A stretch of DNA of 55,879 nucleotides from Chara braunii (lineage: Eukaryota > Plantae > Charophyceae): assembly GCA_003427395.1 (NCBI GenBank), contig BFEA01000025.1:510640-566518 (forward strand), read 5' to 3'. The position numbers and the translations under genes are program-made. Below the pieces are notes generated by a model. That model was not told the DNA's origin, searched no databases, and saw only the letters and a list, made by a program, of their open reading frames with translations. Positions 11,708 to 23,696 of this stretch are shown here, in pieces (position 1 is the stretch's first letter; each line of letters starts with the position of its first letter).

Positions 11708-12563
11708 CGTCTTTTCCAAGATGGTTGTATGTTAACTTTTCCATAGCGATGGAGAACGTGGGTGAGATCGAGTGTGCGGGTGACGGAGAGTGGGGACCTG
11801 TGAAGGGCATAGGGTCTCGTTAGACACTCCTTGGTCTGTCCTCGGGGCCCGAGTAGTTTTCCTTCGGGCCGTCCGAGAGTTTTCCCGCCGTCGTTCCACT
11901 TATCCTCGGGAAGGCCTTCCGAGGAGGATCTCTATGGAGGGCCCGCAGCCAGTCGCCCTCCACGTAATAAGATTATCGTCGACCGCGAGGTGGGGTGGGA
12001 TCGGTGGTCCATGCGCGGCTGTCCCCTAGGACAGCCATGGTCCAGCTTCGAGTGGCGGCAAAATTTGAATCTTCACGATGACCCAAAAAAAAAACAATTA
12101 AAAAGTCGGCACACCGTCCCGGTTTGAAATTCAACATTCAAATGACATCGCTGGGGTGAGGGCGGGTCATCGTGTGGCTGCGGCAGCTGGTGGAGGACGT
12201 CGGAAACGAACCTCCTTCCACTGCGCGTCGGCGGGGTCGGCGTGAGTGTTGTGTGCGTACAGGCAAGGAAGACATCGGGGGAGAAGACGCCATCGCTGCA
12301 GAGCGACAACGGAGAAGACGCCATCGCAAGTCGTCGGGGGAGAAGACGCCATCGTGGCCGTCGTCGGGGGAGAAGACGCCATCGCGGCAGTCGTCGGCAT
12401 GAGTACTGTGTGCAGCCAGGCAAGGAAGACGTCGGGGGAGAAGACGCCATTGCGGCTCATTTGGGAGGGATGGATGGCGGCGACATTGACGTCGGTGGGA
12501 AGTTGTCGACGGTGGAGAGGACGGCGGTGGGCAGCTGTTACCGCGGTCCTCTTTCATTGTCAG

Positions 12564-13775
12564 ATGGAGAGGCGGCAGGGAGAATGAGAGGGCAGATCCG
12601 CGCGAGGAGGAAGAAGGTCACGCAATGCACAACGGTGGAAGGGTTGGACAGCGGCGCCATCTGCAATGTCGTCATTCACGCGTTCTGCGCCTTCGGTTGC
12701 GGAGCTCTTCCCAGAGCAATGCCGAGGTGGTGGATGAAAAGAAGGACAGGCGGGGCGTGGGAGGATCTGCAGCAATGCGACGACGCCACAGAGGACTTCT
12801 TTTGGGACAAGCTGCACATGTCGCCACGTGTCTTTCGGGAGATGCGGAAGCTCCGTCGTCGTTACTACAGCGGCGTGTGACATTCAACAGGGAGCCACTG
12901 CAGCCTGATCAGACGTCGCGTACGCGTTGTATCGGTGGGCATCGGGGGAGACGTACGAGAGCAGCACGTGTAACTCGGCATCGGCAGAGCATCAGGTTTG
13001 GTGGCGGTGCAGGACGTCATCGGCATTGCTGACGGTCTACTGTGACAAGATATAATGGCCGACGGGGAGTGCAAGTCGGTTGTTGTCCGTGCTTTCGCTG
13101 GCAAGGGGTTCCCCAACTGCCATGGTTGCATCTACTGCACGCATATCTACATCGACAAGCCGGCAAACGCCCCTAGCGAGGACTACTACGATCGGAAACG
13201 ATGTTTCTCGATCATTGCGCAGGTTGTCGTCGATCTGAACTTGCGTGTGCTGGACGTCTTCGTCGGCTATCCTAGAAGCTGCCACGACGTCACGATCATC
13301 CACCTGTCGAGTCTTTGGCCCACCTATGATGCTGCCATTCGGCGTACAGACGAATGGCTACCTCTTGGACGACAATGGTTACCCACCATCCGAATGGATA
13401 GTTGTTCCCTATGGCTGCACTACTCGTCACCCGTCGGAGATGCGGTTCGACAACAAGCAGAAGACCGCGAGGGGGGCAGTTGAGAGGGCTTTCGGCAGAC
13501 TGAAGGGGATGTGGAGGCTGTTCCTGCGGTCGCACAAGACGATCATGGAGACGTTGCCGCAGCAATTTGTGGTTGTGTGCATTCTCCACAACCTACTCAT
13601 CGACGCCGGCATCCCGTTTGATGACAATCTGTTGTGGGAGGTGGATGCGAACGGAGTGCCCCGTCGTGTAGATTTGGGAATCCAGCATCCCTTGCAGCTG
13701 GTGTGCATGGAGAGCTCGACGGGAGATGCGCTGATTCTAAGGGATGCACTGGCCGAGAGGATGGGTGACCTCTGA
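12564..13775 (+). pseudogene. Harbinger DDE transposase (HARBI1-like), frameshifted
   Basis: WWMKRRTGG..LHMSPRVF, FPNCHGCIYCTH (catalytic D replaced by Y), GYPRSCHD, YLLDDNGYP, VERAFGRLKGMW, CILHN. Confidence 0.92.
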
Positions 13776-13797
13776 CCATGCTCGATAGGGGGGGGGG

Positions 13798-13848
<51 letters not shown>

Positions 13849-14443
13849 TCCACATCACACGCCATCGCCCGTGTCGTTTTTCGCATCAGCGTGTGGGTAG
13901 TGTGTTGCCTCTTTATGGCGGACATGGAGTCTTGTGTGGGCGCCGTGGGATGCCAGGACCCACACGCGTGTCATGGGCTGCTGTTTTTTGGTAGATGATC
14001 GTTGCAGCCATGTGTCGTCGGTTGGTTACTTTTCTTTGTTGCATTGTTAGATTTCTTCATTTTGAATTCGGCATATGGCGTACTTCTCTTGCACAGGATA
14101 GTCTGTTTGTTGTTTGGACGCCCTTACATGTTGTGCTTTGTTCTTTCGAAACTTGTGCGCATGTGATGTTGTTGAATGTCGAAAATTTTGCTTCTTTTTC
14201 AGTTGTATGGTGCAACACATGGTGACATTGTGTCGGGGGGTCGGTGTGCTTCCCGAGCATGCATGGGCGCCTTCTTGTTTGCGTTCGCGTGTGTTTCTCG
14301 GAAATTTCCCGTGCGATTTAGCGCTGCGACCGCCTGTGATTTAACATCTGTTGTGGCGTGTGTGTGGATGGTGTGATGGTCGTGCGTCGTACGACAGGCA
14401 TTCGATGCCCAATGCATGTGATGGCGTTCAAACATAGCTCATC

Positions 14444-14612
14444 CATCTGGCCAGGAAGGACATTTTTTGTGTTGGACAACTTCGTGTAACATAGCCTTCA
14501 TACTTGAAGCTTTGAAAAATGTTTTGACTGATCATCCAGTGCTCAAAACCAATCATCTTCCCTTGCCTTTTGTCCTAACCCCTTACACCAGCCACGTAGG
14601 TGAAGGTGCAGT
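14444..14612 (+). pseudogene. Degenerate gypsy RT-RNase H connection fragment inside the Harbinger
   Basis: HLARKDIF/CWTTSCNIAF..ALKNVLTDHPVLK...LPFVLTPYTSHVGEGAV resembles W...C..AF..LK..LT..PVL..P.F.LT.DAS..G.GAV. Confidence 0.5.
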
Positions 14613-14799
14613 CCACACGAGCAATACCAGATACTCACACAATCACATGCACAACAAACACCGACGTAAAGCACACATTACAAAGGTGGTATTATGTGCA
14701 TCACGACCACAGAAAGACCCCACGCATGCAATTGCGAACACACCGCGACGCCGCGACGTTACCCATCCTGTTCGCGACGCCGACTGTGCTTCTCTNCCC

Positions 14800-16858
14800 C
14801 GCCGCATCCTTGTCCTCGCCGGCTGTTTGTCATCATCATCCTCTGGCAGGCCAGTGCCCAACCATTCCAATTTCACGGCCATTGGCGATGGAAGAGTTGT
14901 CTCATGGCTGAAAGTGATCCCGCAGTCATCCCAGTATGGGATGTACAGAGGCGGGTCCGCCAATGTCATGGCGGGTTTCCCCATCCTCTCCGTCACGACG
15001 GTAACTGCCTGAAGGATATGGCGACAAGCATCGAACGACCAATGCATGGCCGCCATTAGTGTCGGCGTCGCCGTGAGCTGCACGAACAATGACGCATTGA
15101 AATGGGAATGCAGATCATCCCCGCTCATCCTCATCAGCCACGTCGACGCCACGAGTAGAAGCCTCATAGCATCGGCGATGTTCCTTAGCCCGTCGTAGGA
15201 GATGCGGCCCGAGTCGATCCCCTCTGCCAGACTGACGACGCTAGTGAAGGCGCCCACCAGGCGCTGCATGGTCGCCTCTTGGTAGCATGCCAACTCGCCA
15301 TCCTCGTATCTGTCCTCGATGTGCGCGTCGACGAACCAAACGGGGAGCTTCATGTCCATCTCCAGTGTGATGTGGCAGACGGCGGGGCTGACACCCGTGC
15401 ACCAGTCGTCTCCAAGCCATATGACGCGGGCGATGTCCGTCGCCAGGTGGTTCAGCACGTACCCGTATGCGGAGTGGTAGCCCCGTGAGCGACTCGCGGA
15501 CGTGAAGATCCATCCATGGATGACGCACCAGGTGATGCTCTGCACTTTGATGGCCCTATCTTTCGCCGCCTTCAGCTGCGATTCGTCGCCGATTTTGTGT
15601 TGCAGGATGCTTGAGTGAGGGAGGGTTATACTCCGATGGATCACCAGGTGTTGCATGGTCGCCTCTTGGTAGCATACCAAGTCGCCGTCCTCGTGTTTGT
15701 CCTCGATGTGTGCACCGACGAACCAAACTGGGAGCTTCATGTCCATCTCCAGTGTGATGTGGCAGACAACGGGGCTAACACACGTGCACCAGTCGTCTCC
15801 AAGCCACATGATGCGGGCGATGTCCGTCGTCACGTGGTTCAGCACATACCCGTATGCGGAGTGGTAGCCCCGTGAGCGACTCGCGGACTTGACGATCCAT
15901 CTGTGGATGACGCGCCAGGTGATGCCCTGCACTTTGATGGCCCTACCGTTCGCCGCCTTCAGCTGCGATTCGTCGCCGATTTTGTGTTGCGGGATGCTTG
16001 AGTGAGGAAGGGCTATACTTCGACGGATCTCGGGCGTGGCGACTCCCCTGGCGATGGCCAGCAAATAAAGTCGCACTTCCCGGATGAGCTTGAAGAGTCC
16101 ATTGCCCTCCGTCTCGTTCCAGAACCTCATGTCGCCCACCCACAGCTTCATCGCAGCTTCGATCCCGTCTCGTGCCGCCCCCCGCCGTTGCCTGTTCACC
16201 AAAGGCTCGTCGACGTCGCCTTCCCCAGGGCTCTCCGCGGCTGCTGCAACCGTCCTCGGTCTAAATGATCCCACCACGGCACCACCCTGCTCGTCCACCG
16301 CGTCTCGTCACTATGTACCCTGACCGCTTCCTTGCACCGCCACCTTCGCGGCCCCTCCCACTGCCGGAACTGTTTGGGCACGTGATGTGGCTGGGGGTGA
16401 TTGCACCCACGCAGATGCCCGTCAGGCGGCGCAGTCACACGTGTCCTCACAACAGTCTCCCTAGCGCGCGTCGTCTGCGGAGTTGCCTTCACTTGGACCT
16501 CCCTCGCCGCTTGACCACCCTCAACATCGATGACGACATCAGCCTTGCAACCCCCCTCCTCGCCGCGGGGTTGGGGAGCAGTCTGCGTTCGCGGATCATT
16601 TATTCCCAGCGCCCCTTGTGCACGCACAGACGCTTGTCTGGCGGCTTTCACTTCAGTTTTGGACACGAAGTCCTCGTCATCATTGGTGCCCTCGACATCC
16701 CTCACCCATTCGTCATCCCTCAAGGCACTTCCCCTCTAAGGTCCCTCTGCAAGATCCTTCTTGTTCTTCGGTTGATGTCGTCCTTTCTTCACGGCCATAG
16801 GCGTCTCCGCTCCGCAACTGTCCCTCTTCTTGCCACGATTACCACCGCGTGACGACAT
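14800..16858 (-). pseudogene. Third Harbinger ORF of unknown function, with an in-frame 387-nt internal duplication
   Basis: Starts MSSRGGNRGKKR at 16858; one stop and a frameshift lead into a 551-aa open segment with a Trp/His-rich globular region and acidic end (PEDDDDK); repeat period 387 nt (15266 vs 15653). Confidence 0.7.
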
Positions 16859-18182
16859 GGTGAAGACGACTGTCAACGATATCGAAAAGTGTCGATGGCG
16901 TGAACTACGCAATGGGGTGCCCTGCGTAGGTGACGTGTTCGGGGTAGTGACAATGCTTGAAAGGCCCGGTTCACACAGCCCAGCAGTGGACAGCACTGAT
17001 CTGCGGAGTTGCTGAACGAACGTGATGGACGTGGGATGCCATTGCTAGATTCGCGATGCTAGCGGTACACGGCGGCCTCGACTATGCGCAGAGATCAGAG
17101 GAGTCGTCGTAGAACACACGAACGACAAACGGCTTCCTTCGACGATGCGCGGGAGACGGGTTCCTTTCGGCGTCCCGGTTGGATTATTGAGTTGTCGTCG
17201 TTGAAGACGTGTCTCATCAGATGCGCGGACTAAACTGTTGTTGTTGTAGAACACACAAACGTAAGAGGTGTCGCCGTGGAAGACGCGGATGACAGACGGG
17301 GGACAAGGCCTTGCACGAACTTCAAGGTGTAGATGGTGGAAGATACGCTTGCGGGTGATAGATTAGCGGAAGGTGGTTTGCTAGCGGCGGCCAGGCAAGG
17401 TCGCATAGATTAGCGGAAGGTGGTTTGCTAGCGGCGGCCAGGCAATGGCAGGCGTGTGTGCAAAGGGACGACGAATGATGCGGCTACATTGTTGCGCGAT
17501 GCAAACATCGATGATGGCAGGCGAGTTATCGTGGAGGCCGTTTACGTGTGGAGACGACTATGTGCAGGCGACGACACACGAGGGGGAGGTCTATGCCCGC
17601 TACTGTGGAGACGACTATGTGCAGGCGACGGCACAGTGTGGACGATCCTGGCGAGGCACTCTATCTATATAACCCCATTGCGGGTTGATGGGCGACGACG
17701 ACACGCGTGAGCACCACCCCTCCATTTCCTTCAACATACATGGGCAGGCGATAGCAACACGTCTGCCGCGACTGTCGTGTAGCAGGCCATGAGCGTCCAC
17801 CAGTGTGCATATGCACCCACATCGCAGACCCCAATTGTCGCCTGATCTGCAGTCGTCCACTTTGGCATCCGTTCGTCATTGCGGAAGACAAACGAACCCC
17901 GCAAGGTGGCCCGCGCAAGTGCCATTGTCCACCACCTTACCACACCCCATGCTAGACGCACCCTGCGCGACTGCCAGCAAAGACAACCCCAGCCACCATG
18001 CCCCCACGAAAACAGGGCATGTACCCGCACACACCCTCTGCGCCCACCCCAAAAACACTCGCATTCGCAGAGCAACCATGCACCCCCCCCGCCTCCTCCG
18101 CAAGTCCCCATCCACCACCCACCCTATTTCATCGAGGTGTCCCTCTCTCCCACCGGCAACATCACTTACCGAATATTCCAGG

Positions 18183-18220
<38 letters not shown>

Positions 18221-18551
18221 CCGAATAGCACTGTTGTCTTTAGTGAAAGGCCGAATAACAAATAATATTAATGACCAAATATAGTAGACGACATGTACTG
18301 CAAAACGTGTCAGCTACGTTGGAAGCATGAATGTTCGCTTCCGCCTCTTGTGAAAGTTGCGGACATCCATACTCCAATAGGAGGACAGCATTGAAGACCA
18401 CACCTTTGTGCGTCAAGAGGCATTTATGACAGCATGCATTTTCCCTCCCGGCGATTCAACACCTTTATGCGGCATCCATGCACGAGCAGCACGACCTTAT
18501 CATTCCCTTTATACCTTTATGTGCCAGAAAATGCCATCACCGAAATGCCAT

Positions 18552-20233
18552 TCATGATTCAATTGGTTGTTGTCTCTGCACCTCCACCTCCGCTTCCATG
18601 GCTTCGCATTGTCGAAGTTGAATGGAACACTGCCTCTTGCTAGCGCTCTCCATCATAGTTGCCATTAGTGTCCCGTGCTTCTCCATGCACTCCGTGAGAG
18701 ATTCGAAAGTTTGCTTCCTAACGTTCTTCCTCTTCCCGCAACCGCCAGTGTTGCCCGTCGCTGGTGAAGACCCTTTCGTGGAGCTCTCGTCTTCGTCGTT
18801 GCCGTCGGCACCCGCATCCCCATCGCCGACAGATTGAAGGTCGCCTGAAAACCCGGACGGCAGCTGCACACCACGGGAACCGCCTGTGTCGGCTACATTC
18901 TTCGGGTGTATGGTGCGACTCTTCACGGTGGAACCCTTGATCTCCTCATACACGGCCCGATCCATGGTGAAATTGAAGCCTTGAGCAGACCTCTCCTTCC
19001 CCGTCAATTGAAAGAAGTCATGTTTCCCGGACTCCCCTTGGAACAGGTGCACCTTCTTGAACTATTGCATCAAGTTGTCCCATTTCTTCCTGCACTTTTC
19101 GGTTGTCCTCTCCATGCCAACCTTCTTCAACCTTTCTTGAACATCCGCCCACTTCCATTCCCTCGGCTTAATGCGAGCGTATGTCTGGCCCATCCCTTGC
19201 AGATGCGCATCGTGGTCCCGCTTCGTCCTGATGAGGGCGACCATGTGGTCGAATGACCAAAAGTTTTGCTTGGCCTCGCCCTCGACGTCGCCTTCCCCCT
19301 CGCTCCTTGCAGCCGCCCCCTTTTTCCCCCGTCGCGCTGTCGACGCAGAACCCTTGCTTATCCTACACCGACCACCCATGGTTTTCTGTCAGATCTGCCG
19401 AACGCCGCCCGTCTCCTTGTCCTGCCGTTCGTCGTCCTCGGCGGTGTCGTCGTAATCGTCGGCGTCCACTACCGCCGGCTCCTTCTTTGTCATCACCTTC
19501 CGCACGCGCAGTCGCTGCACCCACGGCGTTATGGACACCTCACGTTCTCGGCGCACTTGCTGCTGATGTTCCGCCCACACCTTCCTCCCGACCCACTCAC
19601 CAAGACCGCTCGAGAAATCTTCGTCGGTCGGCACACAGGCAGCCGTGCAGCCCCCCTTGCTTCCACCCCCCGACAACGGCGATGGTGGCTGCATCCAGTT
19701 CGGACGACTGGCAGCAGCACGTGGCACTGATGACGCCGGCGACTGCTCTCTCAGACGCTCCCTTGTCTTCTTTGCTGCCACCCACTCTCCGCTCGGAGCC
19801 TTTGCTGATCGGCCAACTGCTGTCACTTGCCCCGCGTCGTCGTCGGGATGGGGGTTGACGAGGACAGTATGCGTGGCTGCCGATGAGCTCCCGCTACACA
19901 GCCCGAACGAAAGGTTCACGCGGGCTGCATTGTCGCTTCTGCGCATGCCGTCTTTCAGTACTTCGGTGGAAGACTGTTGAGACGTCGTCGCACGATTCCC
20001 ATACAACTGGTTCCCCACATACTCCTGGCTGGAGCCGCTTCCCAGTGCCATGGTACGTGACCGTGCTTCCTCGCCTCCTCATCTGACGTGTTTGGCAGAG
20101 GTTGTTCGTGCAGTGGCAGGTGCGTGTATGCAGACAAGTCGTACGGCCTTGCACTGCATGTCGAAACGCTGCGCGGCCTGTTGCTTGCGAATCGGTCCAT
20201 TGGAGTCCTGTTCTTCGTCTGTCGCCCTTCCAT
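18552..20233 (-). pseudogene. Harbinger Myb/SANT (trihelix) DNA-binding protein
   Basis: FWSFDHMVALIRTKR...WKWADVQERLKKVGMERTTEKCRKKWDNLMQ*FKKVH; long low-complexity N-terminus and coiled C-terminus; stops and frameshifts. Confidence 0.9.
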
Positions 20234-21174
20234 GATGACGCCCTTCGTCGCTGAACGCCTCTTGTGCGTGCATCCAGGTAGGCTACCGAGGATGCACACA
20301 TGGAAGACGACGGCACGGAGAAGTGTGACCAACACCAGGAACAGCAGCGGTAGTCGTCGGAAGACGTCGGCCATGAATGACATGTGGGGAAGGGCGGTAA
20401 CTGCACGATGCCAGTGCAGCTCCAGCAAACGGCGACGACACGAGGGCAGGAAACGGCGACGAGAAGAGGGCAGCAAACGGCAGACTGGACAATCCGACAA
20501 ACACCGCCGTCATGCCTCGCGTCGTGTAGCTGGGAATAGAAATTTCGGCGGCCTCAAATATTCGAATTTTTCATCCGTTGGGCCGCTTTCCGTTTGGCGG
20601 CACGCACTTCGAGGGAGAACGGCGGTGGACGACGTGCATGGGGGTCGGCAGGCCACCAACGGTTGCCGTCGGGGTACGGTTCCTGGAGGCCGAACGTTGA
20701 AGACCGATGATGTCCGTGCGCCGCCCGATAGGAACTCCAACGGACCAACCGACGATAATTTCCTGCCGACGACGGGAACCCTTGCCGATTCTTCACCTCC
20801 AAGGGACCTCGGGAGGTACCTTGGGGGAGGCCACAAAATCCCCGAGGATGGCCCGAGGAAATGTTTTCACTTTTTTTTTCGATCTTTTTCCCAGAGGACA
20901 GGTGGAACGAAGATATCCTCGGGGAATTTACGCACCCGAGGAGTGTCTAACGAGCGCCCCATATTCACATTGGAGAGCACTCAAAGCATACTCACACTCG
21001 GCCATCATAATCTCAGAATCGCAAAATCAGTGGCCAGATCGAGTCCTCCTGTCCTGAAAGAAGGACTCAATCTGGATGATGCTGATTTTGTGATTCTGTG
21101 ATGATAAGGGGCTGCGTTCAGACAGACACGCAAGCAGCAAATTGAGTCAGTAAGTAATGCTGGAATGAATGAAC

Positions 21175-21497
21175 GAATGAATGCATAAAGGTACTACAGT
21201 CCAGGTGCATCGCACAGTGGCCAGGATACTGCACTGGCCACCCATCCCAAAAGTTCCACGAACAGAGTGACCTGTTTCTGGACCAATGGTCCAGGACCAG
21301 TCGTTGGTCCAGGAACAGCTGTTGGTCCAGGAGCAGCTGAATGAATGCATAAAGGCACTACAGTCCAGGTGCATGGCATGGTGGATAGGATACTGCACTG
21401 GCCACCCGTCCCAAAAGTTCCAGGAACCGAGTGGCCTGTTGCTGGATCAATGGACCAGTTGTTGGTCCAGGAACAGCTGTTGGTCCAGGAACAAGCT
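21175..21497. repeat. Tandem duplication (~164-bp period) with TGGTCCAGGA subrepeats
   Basis: GAATGAATGCATAAAGG at 21175 and 21339. Confidence 0.85.
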
Positions 21498-21789
21498 GGG
21501 AGGTTGCTGGCTGGGCCTGTTAGTCAGACGTGTGACATCAGGATAGTTCCAGGCAAGGTGCAGCATACTACTGTCTTCTCCCGAGCACAACGGAGTTCGC
21601 TCATTTTGGCTGCACCAGATGGCTTGTATACATTCATTTTCAGGGTGTGTTGTGTTCGGGGAAATACGGTAGTTAGCGTGGCAGGGGAGAAGATGTCAGT
21701 GGTGCTGGCTGACCAGTGAATGCGCACAATTACATTGTAAGTTTTTTTTTTTTTGACGCAACACATGTAAGGCGAGTTGTTGTGTGCAG

Positions 21790-22070
21790 ATGCTGCCCAC
21801 TTCTCTCTCCGATAATCGCAAGCGAATTTGAAACTTAACTTCTGCTGTGCACTGAGCTGCGTTCCTCTCCTCCAAACACTTTTTTTGTTGGATGGGTTCT
21901 ATCATGTGTATGACCTTTCTACCTTTCTATCGCAGGAGCTGACTTCCAGATGATGATGCTGTCGCTCTCCTCTCCCCGATAACGGGAACGCAAATTTGAA
22001 ATTTGAAACTTATGTTGTGCACTGAACTGGGTTGCTCTCCGCCGAACATTTTTTGTTGGATGCGTTCTAT
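21790..22070. repeat. Duplicated intron 3' segment upstream of the terminal exon
   Basis: CCGATAA...AATTTGAAACTTA...TGTGCACTGA...TTTTTTGTTGGATG.GTTCTAT occurs twice; only the second copy ends in the GGCAG acceptor. Confidence 0.7.
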
Positions 22071-22075
22071 GGCAG

Positions 22076-22237
22076 GACTACGGAGTTTATTTCACAACGC
22101 CGACAATGGGAGAGTTTGCAAATGGTTGCGCATGTGGGAGCAGGGTGTGTAGAGGCAAACGGGAGTCGATGGTGGTCTACAACGTGGAAAACGTCTGGCA
22201 AAGGGAGATTAAGCAAAAGGAACAAACCTTGTCATAG
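22076..22237 (+). CDS. SUVR4: Terminal coding exon of the SUVR-type SET gene (DYG + post-SET)
   Basis: GGCAG| then DYGVYFTTPTMGEFANGCACGSRVCRGKR...TLS*; completes the ELT.DY motif and the CxCxxxxC post-SET zinc ligands. Confidence 0.9.
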   Translation, partial: DYGVYFTTPTMGEFANGCACGSRVCRGKRESMVVYNVENVWQREIKQKEQTLS

Positions 22238-22333
22238 GGCGTAACGAAAATGTGTACACACAGAATGTCCAAGCAGGAAAAAGACGACCTGCCATTTCGT
22301 TACAACTTGTTTAACGAAAGTGTTTGTAGTCGA

Positions 22334-22433
22334 ATCCGTTAAGATTGGAATGATAGTACAATAGAGAGAGAAAGATTAGCAAGGCCCCTGTTTGCAAGGA
22401 TGACACAAATCAATCGAGAAACGGTCCTTTTTT
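22334..22433 (+). pseudogene. U6 snRNA-like pseudogene
   Basis: ATCCG..AAGATTGGAATGATA...AAGATTAGCAAGGCCCCTGTTTGCAAGGATGACAC...AATCGAGAAACGGTCC-T6, colinear with plant U6; ACAGAGA box disrupted and 5' stem-loop missing. Confidence 0.85.
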
Positions 22434-22473
22434 GTGTCTGTGGATAGGGGGAAATATTAAATATGATTTTTTT

Positions 22474-22582
22474 TTAAAGATTTTTGCTGTGTTTTACTGA
22501 GTTTTTCATCACTTCGGTTGTGGCTTTGGGAGGGTGATGTATGCTGTCGACATCACCCTCCCAAGAAACAAAGAAAGTCGCG

Positions 22583-22626
<44 letters not shown>

Positions 22627-22641
22627 AGCAAAGACCTTTAA
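22474..22641. repeat. Long imperfect hairpin (small foldback element)
   Basis: TTGGGAGGGTGATGT/ACATCACCCTCCCAA inner stem; outer TTAAAGA.TTTTGCTG/CAGCAAAGACCTTTAA. Confidence 0.7.
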
Positions 22642-22734
22642 GACCTTCCACTTTCAAGTAGAAATAATTTCGTGAAACGAAAAAATAATGTCGGTTTTAA
22701 CGATCCCTCACTAGGGGTTAGAAGCCTGGGTACG

Positions 22735-22775
<41 letters not shown>

Positions 22776-23696
22776 CTCCTTTGCTCGACCGGTCGTTGTT
22801 TCTACTTTGCTGTCATAGGTCAGCCTTCTTTCTTAGTCGTTCATCTGAATCAGCATTGTGTCTCTATTGCTTACATCCCAATGAGGATGAAATGGGCAAA
22901 CACCTTGATCAAAGAATACGTGGTTCAGAAGTTGGTTATTTATATAACGACATGTCCAAGGTCATCCTATAAAGCTGCGATGCCGTTCTTTTGATGCATC
23001 GGTTAATCCCTTACGTCAGATGTACTCTTTTATCTATGAGCCTGGGAAATGAGGAACACTCAGGTGATGTACTGTATATGCACAAGGGAAGGAGGGAGAA
23101 GGCAGGCAGTTTATCTGTATATGCACAAGGGAGGGAGGGAGAAGGCAGGCAGTTTATGAACTTCCCATGGAATGGTGTTGTCGAAAGCCGGTGTTTGGAT
23201 TGCATTGGCTTTTAGTGATGCCAAAATTATGCTGTTTCTCGCACGCAGGGCGCACCTCTACTTCCTTTTCACCAGTTGGTTACTGCACCATGTCAAGAGT
23301 ACACATATACTGGCAGGGTGCACCTCTACTGCCTTTTCTTTTTTTCCTTTTTTTTTTCTTGTTTTTTTTTGCCTTTTCAAGAGAGAGTTACTGCAGAGTA
23401 GCTACCGTTGTTATTCATTGCCTGTATGCGCACACATTTGTCTATATGCCCATACGCATTGTCTATATACGGCGCATACATTGTGTATATATGCATAGTA
23501 CATCCTGTACAGTGTACACAGATTGTCACAGTAGTTGCCGTGCGATTAGGTGAATTGACGACAGCAATGTAACCTATGTATTATGTACATATATAGAAGA
23601 TGCCGTAATCGCCCTGCAATTAGCAGCAATTTAGCAGCAGCTGTAGGACACCAAGTGGCACTTCAGCCAAAGAAATCACAGATCGGGTTTTGCCGA

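Larger units (their letters stand above)
11812..20960. mobile_element. Full-length PIF/Harbinger transposon (~9.15 kb) in the last intron of the SET gene
   Basis: TIR core CTCGTTAGACACTCCT at both ends with GGG termini; ATA on both flanks (11809-11811, 20961-20963); convergent transposase and Myb/SANT genes. Confidence 0.9.

Noticed and set aside
12260-12450. GTCGGGGGAGAAGACGCCATCG repeats as a CRISPR-like array
   Set aside because: Irregular related spacers, eukaryotic context, inside a Harbinger subterminal region, no cas genes
20088-21101. 337-aa + strand ORF and many other overlapping GC-rich or microsatellite ORFs
   Set aside because: It crosses the Harbinger TIR, overlaps antisense TE coding sequence and has no motifs; shadow ORFs
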